DNA of 13,800 nucleotides from a virus: UHGV virus genome UHGV-0225830; one strand, 5' to 3'. Shown piece by piece: positions 7,460 to 13,800 of this stretch (position 1 is its first letter; each line of letters starts with the position of its first letter). The notes under the pieces were generated by a model. It saw only the letters and a program-made list of their open reading frames with translations, ran no database searches and was not told where the DNA came from. The position numbers and the translations under genes were made by a program.

Positions 7460-8593
7460 ATGTTTAATATCGAAATTACCCCGCTCGTTAAAACTGAAAT
7501 CCGTCCGGTTCCTGAAGCACAGTTACTCGATCAACTTTATCGCATATTCCTGGATAAAGGTGTACATTTCCGTGTAGAGCAGGTCAACGATGAAAGCATC
7601 GTATTCTACTGGACTCACTGCAACGATTATCTTTGCGACACTATCGCGAAAGAAATCGGTGAGTTGCTCAACCCAGCAGAAGGTACCACGAACGCCTGGG
7701 TAGAATCGACCGAGACTGAACAACCGAAAGTCGAGGTTGAAAAACAAGAGTGGCCTATAAACAACGGCAACAAACCGTATTCCCTCTGGTACGACGGCAG
7801 GAAGGGTAAGGAAATTAAAGAAACGTTAAGGGCCCTCTATCCTGACTTTTTAAACTTTTATTGGGATGGTGACAAGATCATCGTTCAAATGAAGAATTTC
7901 GATCAAAAGATTATAGAAGAAATTCGTTCTATCGCTGAGCTGATCGATAACGACGCCGTTCGCCTTATTTCGGTTCGCGATATCGGAAAAGAAGATGCAG
8001 ATGATATCATGCGTGGTGCTGTTCACGAACACAAAGAGAAAATTCGTGGGTCTAATTATGTTGACGGTACTCTAACTGTGCTTGTTGATAATGATCCTGT
8101 CGTTATTAAATGGTTCGAAGAACCGTATTCCTTTACTTACACTGGCGCAGAGGCCGAAGCGATTAATGATACCTTGACAGCTTTCTATCCTACCAAAGTA
8201 GAGACTAAACTCGAGGGCGAAAAACTCACCATTAAATGGAAATGGTGGGACGCTGCTCTTGACGAAGAAATTAGCAACCTCATTAATGAGATCGTTGACA
8301 ATCGTCTACGTCTTCTGACAATCACTGCTATTGGGAAAGAAGATGCCGATACGTTTATGCGTGATATCACTCGTTGGTTTCCTGAGAAAGTCCGTCAGTG
8401 GACTTACACAGACAATACACTTACCATTCTGCTCAACTATGAACCCGGTATTATTGGAAAGTTAAAAACCCATCTGAGTGACTTGCGGTCAGTTCGTTTT
8501 CTTAAGGATAATGAGCACACGATCGACGCGCTCTTTAGAGAAATATCTTCTGGCGTAGTCTGCGTTTGTCCTGCTTGTCAGAAGCATCGCTAA
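7460..8593 (+). CDS. hypothetical acidic protein (377 aa) with an internal tandem duplication and a C-terminal CxCxxC cluster
   Basis: ATG 7460 preceded by AAAGGA (7446-7451); residues 107-213 and 223-329 align (YS..Y, TL.A.YP, IGKEDAD, MR, EK.R, TLT.L.N..P); C-terminus VCVCPACQKHR. Confidence 0.8.
   Translation: MFNIEITPLVKTEIRPVPEAQLLDQLYRIFLDKGVHFRVEQVNDESIVFYWTHCNDYLCDTIAKEIGELLNPAEGTTNAWVESTETEQPKVEVEKQEWPINNGNKPYSLWYDGRKGKEIKETLRALYPDFLNFYWDGDKIIVQMKNFDQKIIEEIRSIAELIDNDAVRLISVRDIGKEDADDIMRGAVHEHKEKIRGSNYVDGTLTVLVDNDPVVIKWFEEPYSFTYTGAEAEAINDTLTAFYPTKVETKLEGEKLTIKWKWWDAALDEEISNLINEIVDNRLRLLTITAIGKEDADTFMRDITRWFPEKVRQWTYTDNTLTILLNYEPGIIGKLKTHLSDLRSVRFLKDNEHTIDALFREISSGVVCVCPACQKHR
7778..8446 (+). 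repeat. Intragenic tandem duplication (two units of about 107 codons, each with an IGKEDAD motif)
   Basis: Units at about 7778-8098 and 8126-8446 within the 7460-8593 gene. Confidence 0.7.
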
Positions 8594-8610
8594 TTAACTA
8601 AATTCGTACA

Positions 8611-8645
8611 AGGGGTGGTAAACCATCCCTCTATTATTGTATTTA
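8611..8645 (+). terminator. Possible terminator or RNA stability hairpin
   Basis: Stem AGGGGTGG (8611-8618) / CCATCCCT (8623-8630) with one G-U pair, loop TAAA, followed by interrupted T-rich CTATTATTGTATTT; weaker than the other terminators. Confidence 0.4.
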
Positions 8646-8662
8646 CCTAAAGGAGTATTAAA

Positions 8663-9094
8663 ATGTTTTTCGTATTAAATGATGAAATCCGTAACTACAT
8701 TCGTAACAACCCTATTGCTCTGGGCGTTCTAGCAGGTTTCTGTCGTCCAAATACTGACTTCGATTTAGTTAAGTTAGAAGAATATCAGGAAATTGTGAAT
8801 ACTAATTACACGCACATCTGTAGCTGGGGTAAACGTCCTCGTGAAGAGTACCCTGTAGGTGAGTTAGGTGACACTATGCATCGTGACCAGAATCTGATGC
8901 ACGAATTCGTTGAATACACACTGGAAAATCTTAACTATCCGCTTCTTGTCGACACTGTACCAGAAATGGTTGACGAATGGTTAAAACGTGTTTATAGCGA
9001 TCCTACCGCCAACAAGTTACTGAGTCAGATGTCGCAAACTTCTCGTGATATCGACACTCGCACCCTAATGTACTTAGCACACAACGTTCGCTAA
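8663..9094 (+). CDS. family B protein (143 aa), paralog of 7010-7438
   Basis: ATG 8663 preceded by ATTTACCTAAAGGAG (8641-8655); alignment as above. Confidence 0.75.
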   Translation: MFFVLNDEIRNYIRNNPIALGVLAGFCRPNTDFDLVKLEEYQEIVNTNYTHICSWGKRPREEYPVGELGDTMHRDQNLMHEFVEYTLENLNYPLLVDTVPEMVDEWLKRVYSDPTANKLLSQMSQTSRDIDTRTLMYLAHNVR

Positions 9095-9101
9095 CCTTAC
9101 T

Positions 9102-9160
9102 CCGCTATAGGCTTCGGTCTATAGCGGAATTAATTTTCTTTCCCTTTTCTTTTTTTTGTT
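9102..9160 (+). terminator. Rho-independent terminator
   Basis: Stem CCGCTATAG (9102-9110) / CTATAGCGG (9119-9127), loop GCTTCGGT, followed by a long T-rich run to about 9160. Confidence 0.65.
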
Positions 9161-9264
9161 ATTTTGACGCTACGTTACTTACCTTCTACTCGGCTATTCC
9201 TATGCTGGCTGAGGGATGTAAAACGACCTCTTAAACCTTTTTTTACTTATTGTGAGTTAACGCG

Positions 9265-10113
9265 ATGTCTCTTACGTCAAAACAGAAACTGCTAAAACTC
9301 ATCAACACTGAAAACAATATTGTTCCGCCATTGACCTTCAGTGATGTTGATATCGGCGAACCTACTGGTACTGGGGTTGATACCCAGGTGGTTCTGACTT
9401 CTAAACTCAAAGGCGATGAGTCTACTACTTTAACGGTGACTTACCATCGTCGTAATTTGCCCGAATACCTAACCGGTGAGTTGGTATTCGGTAACGACGG
9501 TGTTGTAACCGCCGCAGATTTGCTTAATGCAATCAACGCAAAATACGATTTAAATATTCTGCCGTCAGATATCGTTGATGCGAAAGTTGAAGGTAAAACC
9601 CACCAACTTACCGCTAACGAGAAATCCTACGAGTGGTGTGGCGAAGTGACACTTACGCTACGCGATCCTATTGATCTGGCTAAATTGCTACCTGTTACTC
9701 AATTAGAAAACCTGGTAGAGTATCCGTCCACTAAGAAAGGTAACGCTGCGGTTTATTCTTACCCAATTGACTTCACCGCAGAAAAAGATTACCTTGATCC
9801 GATTACCATTAACGACACCGTAGACTTAGTAGAGTTAGCTACTAAACTGACTAACGTTGTTGACGAGAAATGGGTAAGCGTACCTAAGAACGCTGCTAAT
9901 AACTTGTTCGGTGCTAAGGTTATCTACGATGGCCCTACCGCAGGTTTCGAAGGCGCAAATGCGAAGTACACGCGTGTGCTGGTACTCGCCCTAAGCGGTA
10001 TGTGTTCTAACCTGACCGGTAAACTGTTAATTCACTTTAACGGAACCGATCGTCCGAAGTCGAAGATTGAATTAGCTAAGACTAATTCGGTCTTACCGGG
10101 TTTCTTAGATTAA
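9265..10113 (+). CDS. family A modular protein (282 aa)
   Basis: ATG 9265 with a weak SD; the family motif recurs about four times (LLKLINTENNI; TAADLLNAINAKYDLNILPSDIVD; DLAKLLPVTQLENLV; TVDLVELATKLTNVVD), each followed by an aromatic/[YH].R-type segment. Confidence 0.7.
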   Translation: MSLTSKQKLLKLINTENNIVPPLTFSDVDIGEPTGTGVDTQVVLTSKLKGDESTTLTVTYHRRNLPEYLTGELVFGNDGVVTAADLLNAINAKYDLNILPSDIVDAKVEGKTHQLTANEKSYEWCGEVTLTLRDPIDLAKLLPVTQLENLVEYPSTKKGNAAVYSYPIDFTAEKDYLDPITINDTVDLVELATKLTNVVDEKWVSVPKNAANNLFGAKVIYDGPTAGFEGANAKYTRVLVLALSGMCSNLTGKLLIHFNGTDRPKSKIELAKTNSVLPGFLD

Positions 10114-10126
10114 GAGGATTACAGTA

Positions 10127-10603
10127 ATGACCAGTCAAGAAACTATCTTCGACCTTATTAAAAAGGCTAACCCAGACGCCGAGCTCGACACCGCCAAAGT
10201 CACATTGGGTGAGCCCGTCGTAAGTACCGGTACGTACAACACCGAAATTACGGTTGCGCCGGTGAAGAATCTCGGTTATGTTAATAAGCAAACGTTCCAG
10301 TATAACCGCATTGATGCCGGTTTGTATTTCCTCAACGTATTGCCGAAACTGTTAGTTGAAACAGCCACCACGACTGCGGACTTGCTGCCTGTAATTAACG
10401 AGCAGTATGGCTTAACCCTTACCGAAGACGATGTGTGGGTAGAGCAGGTTGGTGCGTTACCGCTAGACGGCAGTGCAATCGAGCACGGTATTTTCTTCCG
10501 CCCCGAGTGTCTAACCTGGGTCGGTGGTTTTACAGTGCGTGTTGCGCGTAAACCGTCTGTCGAGACACCGCCAGCTAAGCCATCGCGCGCTAAGAAGAAA
10601 TAA
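10127..10603 (+). CDS. family A modular protein (158 aa)
   Basis: ATG 10127 preceded by AAGAGGA (10112-10118); motifs IFDLIKKANPDAELD..., GYVNKQTFQYNRI, TTADLLPVINEQYGLTLTEDDV; lysine-rich C-terminal tail. Confidence 0.75.
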   Translation: MTSQETIFDLIKKANPDAELDTAKVTLGEPVVSTGTYNTEITVAPVKNLGYVNKQTFQYNRIDAGLYFLNVLPKLLVETATTTADLLPVINEQYGLTLTEDDVWVEQVGALPLDGSAIEHGIFFRPECLTWVGGFTVRVARKPSVETPPAKPSRAKKK

Positions 10604-10606
10604 CTA

Positions 10607-10643
10607 CAGGGTGGGGTAATCCCACCCTCTTTTCTTTTTTTGT
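10607..10643 (+). terminator. Rho-independent terminator
   Basis: Stem AGGGTGGG (10608-10615) / CCCACCCT (10621-10628), loop GTAAT, followed by CTTTTCTTTTTTTGTG. Confidence 0.8.
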
Positions 10644-10665
10644 GTAAAAAGAGGAGTTAAACAAA

Positions 10666-11256
10666 ATGGCCGAACGTTGGACTAAAGAAGGTATTATTGA
10701 ATCAAAAACAGATTTAGAGGGTGGGTACGTGAACGACCCTGACGATAATGGTGGGGAAACCTGTCACGGGGTAACACTGACAACTGCACGCGAATACGGG
10801 TACAAAGGAAGAATGAAAGATCTGACCCGTGCGCAAGCGTTTGATATTTACGATCGTGGTTGGTGGAAGAAACTTAAACTCGATGAGATTTTCGCTATCT
10901 CGCCGATACTCGCAGACCGGATGTTTGATTTTGGTATTAACTCTGGCCGTGTTAACTGTGTGAAATCATTACAACGTATTCTCAACGTTTTAAATAACGA
11001 AGGGAAACTTTACGCAGATATTGACACCGACGGTGGCATGGGCCCTAAAACGCTAGGTGCCCTGAATGCTTATCTGAATTACCGTAAAGGTGAGGGATTA
11101 GGCATCTTAATCTTTGCGTTAATCTCACACCAGGTAACCTACTACACAGAAATCTCCGAAAAGCGTAAGAAGAATGAAAAATTCGCTTACGGCTGGTACG
11201 GACGCGTGTACAGGGAAATGCCGGATTATGTAGTGAAGGCGGGGTTAGTAAAATGA
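10666..11256 (+). CDS. Peptidoglycan hydrolase: GH108-type N-acetylmuramidase domain with C-terminal PG_binding_3-like domain (putative endolysin)
   Basis: ATG 10666 preceded by GAGGAG (10651-10656). N-terminal EGGYVNDPDDNGGETCHGVT contains the EGGY motif characteristic of GH108; the C-terminal half (GINSG..., DGGMGPKTLGALNAY, FAYGWYGRV) matches the PG_binding_3 pattern usually fused to GH108. Confidence 0.85.
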   Translation: MAERWTKEGIIESKTDLEGGYVNDPDDNGGETCHGVTLTTAREYGYKGRMKDLTRAQAFDIYDRGWWKKLKLDEIFAISPILADRMFDFGINSGRVNCVKSLQRILNVLNNEGKLYADIDTDGGMGPKTLGALNAYLNYRKGEGLGILIFALISHQVTYYTEISEKRKKNEKFAYGWYGRVYREMPDYVVKAGLVK

Positions 11257-11357
11257 ATTGGTTTGCTAAACTCTTAGCACTATTGTGGAAAGCGTTAACG
11301 TCTGGACGGAAACGTAAAGACGAAAAGCGTGGGTTCGAATTTTTCTGGTTTCTATAA
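11253..11357 (+). CDS. Small ORF (34 aa) overlapping the muramidase stop; possible small amphipathic or membrane-active peptide
   Basis: ATG 11253 overlaps TGA 11254-11256 (ATGA); MNWFAKLLALLWKALTSGRKRKDEKRGFEFFWFL has a hydrophobic N-terminus, a basic centre and an aromatic C-terminus. Below the ORF-track size cut-off and has a weak SD, so it could be spurious. Confidence 0.35.
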   Translation: MNWFAKLLALLWKALTSGRKRKDEKRGFEFFWFL

Positions 11358-11372
11358 GGGAAGGTGTGGGTA

Positions 11373-12038
11373 ATGGAGAAGCTTCAATATAAACGTTTAG
11401 ACAATAAGTGGTTTGTATTAACGGAGGATTACCATTATCCGTTTACGTTACGCGAGATTTATCACGACCACGTACACTTAGACCGTGCGGTTTATTTAAC
11501 GGGTGTATTGCCTGACACACAACTGTGGTTAACAGCACCGAAAGGGTTCGTTACCGATTTAGCGTCAATTCCTGATCACCTCCAGGGAATTTTCCATCCT
11601 GACGGACCGTGGGCACCTGCGGCCTGTATTCACGACTTACTCTATCAAAAATGCAACACGGAGCGTAGCTATCCCATGACACCGGGTGGTAACGTTTCGC
11701 GTTTTATCGATAAAGAGTTCTCTGACTTAACTTTCCTGCGTATTATGCAGTCGTTGGAAATCTCGCCTTATATCTGCCAAACATTTTATAAGGCCGTTGT
11801 TGAATTCGGCTGGGATGCCTACGTAGATCCTAATGCAAAGCCATCCTACAACACTAACGCGTTTCGTACGTTAGATTACAATCGAAACTATTTATTCGTT
11901 CGCGAGTTTAAGGAACCTGCAATCCCTGACCACGAACGTATTGATATCACCACAGATTGTCCCGTTAATGTCAAATACCTGAACATTAAACGGCCATTTC
12001 TGTCTGGGAGGGAAGATGTTTCATCCAAATCCGAGTAA
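11373..12038 (+). CDS. DUF1353-like protein (221 aa from ATG 11373)
   Basis: GGGAAGGTG at 11359-11367 is followed by ATG 11373; the track start GTG 11364 lies within the SD. Motifs GFVTDLASIP and AACIHDLLY resemble the conserved TDGASIP and HD motifs I recall for DUF1353. Confidence 0.6.
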   Translation: MEKLQYKRLDNKWFVLTEDYHYPFTLREIYHDHVHLDRAVYLTGVLPDTQLWLTAPKGFVTDLASIPDHLQGIFHPDGPWAPAACIHDLLYQKCNTERSYPMTPGGNVSRFIDKEFSDLTFLRIMQSLEISPYICQTFYKAVVEFGWDAYVDPNAKPSYNTNAFRTLDYNRNYLFVREFKEPAIPDHERIDITTDCPVNVKYLNIKRPFLSGREDVSSKSE

Positions 12039-12531
12039 CTTTAAACTCAGAGAGTTAGTACCACAGTCCTATATTGCCAAATACGGCGATTCCGCAATTC
12101 GGTTTATGAATCCGTTGTTAATGATCTCCCTACAACAGATTCGTAACCGTTTCGGCAGAATGGTGATTAACTCAACTGCCGCACAACAGCGCGGACTAAG
12201 AACCTTAGATTTCTTTATTAATCAAGAAAAGCCTAAGGGTGGTAGTTATAAACAACGTGCGTTGCAGCTTTACGCCGATTCAGGAAGTCAACACAAATTC
12301 GGTAACGCCATTGATGCAACGTTGTTGGATAGCACCGTAAAACAGGTTCACGACTATATCGCTGCTAACCCTGACGAGTTTCCGTTCATTCACTTTATTG
12401 AATGTGACATCAGTTGGTTGCACATCGACGTTCGTAACCAGCCTAACATTACTTTCTGGTCACCAAATCGTGGTACTGTGAAAGTTGTTAAGCAAAAACC
12501 AATCGATTGGAGCGCCTTAGTCGATATTTAA
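12016..12531 (+). CDS. Zinc peptidase of the M15 (Peptidase_M15_3 / DD-carboxypeptidase-like) fold; putative cell-wall peptidase
   Basis: ATG 12016 preceded by GGGAGGG (12006-12012); overlaps the upstream gene by 23 nt. SQHKFGNAIDA matches S-x-H-x-x-G-x-A-x-D and WLHIDVR matches the H-x-D-x-R zinc-ligand motifs of this fold. Confidence 0.7.
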   Translation: MFHPNPSNFKLRELVPQSYIAKYGDSAIRFMNPLLMISLQQIRNRFGRMVINSTAAQQRGLRTLDFFINQEKPKGGSYKQRALQLYADSGSQHKFGNAIDATLLDSTVKQVHDYIAANPDEFPFIHFIECDISWLHIDVRNQPNITFWSPNRGTVKVVKQKPIDWSALVDI

Positions 12532-12614
12532 CTATTTCTAAGGTGTTTATACCTTACTTTGTATAAAGACGCTTAGAATGCGTTTTACGCACGATTTGGC
12601 GGTTAAAATGAATA

Positions 12615-12650
12615 TACCCTACTCCTTATCGGGAGTAGGGTAGTTTTTAT
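12615..12650. terminator. Bidirectional Rho-independent terminator between convergent genes
   Basis: Perfect 11-bp stem TACCCTACTCC (12615-12625) / GGAGTAGGGTA (12632-12642), loop TTATCG; T-run GTTTTTATT downstream on the plus strand and a U-rich run on the minus strand; lies directly after the minus-strand stop (12647-12649). Confidence 0.75.
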
Positions 12651-13129
12651 TGTTCCGCAGGATGGAGCATTGTTCCAGTGTCAGGCGCTACACCTTCTAT
12701 ACAGCGGAAGAAAGTAATGCCTTTACCATCGCCCGTTTTATATTCTAAAGTAGAATACGCAAACGTTGGCGTTTTTGAAAGTAAACCATTTACACGGTAG
12801 TAACGTTGTCCAGTGATAGGATCAATATTCCCATTAACTTTACCTAATAAATCTTTATAAAGTTGTGGCGACTCAATCTTGCCGTTTGGCCAAGTGGCTA
12901 CCCAGTTAGCACCAGTATCGACTACGGTTACCGACCCTAACATAAGGTTAGTCGAGCTGACGACAGGTTTGTAATTTGCAAAATCTTGCTCTACACCCAT
13001 ACAGGTGTAAATAACCATGTCATGTGGCTCCACCGGCACAGTCGAGAATTGACCGTTACTATTCGGTTGTAAAGCACATCCTGCCAACGAAAAAACACCA
13101 ACCAAAACGATAAGAAAACGCTTTATCAT
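12647..13129 (-). CDS. Lipoprotein (160 aa precursor from ATG 13129), predicted outer-membrane localisation
   Basis: The only convincing minus-strand gene. N-terminus MIKRFLIVLVGVFSLAGC is a signal peptide with lipobox L-A-G-C; +2 residue is Ala; AGGTG lies 6 nt upstream of the ATG. The track start at 13138 is a GTG inside that SD. Confidence 0.75.
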   Translation of the reverse strand: MIKRFLIVLVGVFSLAGCALQPNSNGQFSTVPVEPHDMVIYTCMGVEQDFANYKPVVSSTNLMLGSVTVVDTGANWVATWPNGKIESPQLYKDLLGKVNGNIDPITGQRYYRVNGLLSKTPTFAYSTLEYKTGDGKGITFFRCIEGVAPDTGTMLHPAEQ

Positions 13130-13170
13130 ACTTTTCACCTTTTTTATAAAAAGTTTAAAAAAATATTTTT

Positions 13171-13222
13171 ACAGACAAGCCTTACTGCCGTCTGTCATAA
13201 CAATTAACACCACTTCTATAAT
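13171..13222 (+). promoter_or_regulatory. Possible sigma70-type -10 element with upstream inverted repeat in the divergent intergenic region
   Basis: Perfect TATAAT at 13217-13222, 48 nt upstream of ATG 13271; no good -35 hexamer; inverted repeat ACAGAC (13171-13176) / GTCTGT (13190-13195); AT-rich tract at 13141-13170. Confidence 0.3.
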
Positions 13223-13270
13223 CCGAACAATACTATGCAATCCACCCTGCCAACCACGAGGTAAATACGA

Positions 13271-13800
13271 TGGCTAAAACTTTCCAGCAGCAACTTATTG
13301 ATGCTGTTAATGCCAAAAACAGTTCCTTGGACCCTGCACTTACCGTAGCTGATGTTGACTTCGGTGCTGTTTCAGAAGCAAGTCCCAGCGGCGATAGTGA
13401 TACACGCAACACTAAAATTACTCTGACTGCTAAAGCTGAAAGCCAGCATTATAAAGGTGAAAAAGAGTTCCACTACACGCGTCTGGTCTCACAAAGCCTC
13501 ATTACGCTGACGGAAGTTACAGCAGAAACTACCGAAGTTGAAGATTCTGTCATCATCGCAAAACTCAATGAAGATATAGTCGCTAAAGGCTATGCTGACG
13601 ACGAGTTCAAAGCCGAAGAACTGACCATTCAAAAAGCTGATGCAGGCGAAGGTAATTTCAATTACACCGTCAGTGTAAACGAAGGCCATATCAAATTCCT
13701 GGCTGGCCAAATCGCGGTGTATAGTTATAAAAAGCCAGCGCCTGAGAAAGTAGCTCTGGACGGGCTGGTAGGTGAACTCGACAGCTTCACCGCGCCGGGC
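13271..13800 (+). CDS. family A modular protein, 5' part (3' end lies outside the window)
   Basis: ATG 13271 preceded by GAGGT; open to the window end, so absent from the ORF track. N-terminus MAKTFQQQLIDAVNAKNSSLDPALTVADVDFG and HYKGEKEFHYTRL match the family A motifs. Confidence 0.7.

Noticed and set aside
11325-11340. GGTTCGAAT, resembling a tRNA T-loop
   Set aside because: No complementary T-stem, acceptor stem or anticodon arm can be drawn around it; it lies inside the 34-codon ORF and is a chance match.
13184-13195. GCCGTCTG, resembling a Neisseria-type DNA uptake sequence
   Set aside because: Single partial occurrence (the final bases differ) in a genome with no other Neisseria-like features; a coincidence that forms part of the inverted repeat described above.
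1-13800. CRISPR arrays, integrase/transposase genes, rRNA or tRNA genes
   Set aside because: No spaced direct repeats, no recombinase or transposase motifs, and no intergenic region with a cloverleaf-compatible structure were found on inspection.

Overview
The window reads as a densely packed, almost entirely plus-strand gene array typical of a lytic tailed phage (Caudoviricetes) of a Gram-negative host. Evidence is short or overlapping gene junctions (ATGA overlaps at 1448-1451, 3039-3042, 11253-11256), strong Shine-Dalgarno sites, several hairpin plus T-tract terminators, and one outer-membrane-type lipoprotein gene on the opposite strand. From left to right: (i) the glycine-rich C-terminus of a tail-fibre/adhesin-like protein, followed by two unknown genes and the first member of a modular paralogous family (family A); (ii) a block of about 15 small genes (2191-9094) with no domains I can recognise, containing a second paralog pair (family B) and two proteins with internal tandem duplications; (iii) two more family A genes; (iv) a peptidoglycan-hydrolase cluster with a GH108-type muramidase (EGGY motif) plus peptidoglycan-binding domain, a 34-codon overlapping ORF, a DUF1353-like protein and a zinc peptidase of the M15 fold; (v) a bidirectional terminator, a convergent lipoprotein gene, and a further family A gene running off the window. 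No rRNA, tRNA, CRISPR array, integrase or transposase was found. The most notable non-coding signal is a 20-nt element repeated exactly at 2119-2138 and 5653-5672, each followed by a hairpin of different sequence at the same offset. All functional calls rest on motif recognition by eye; no database search was run.
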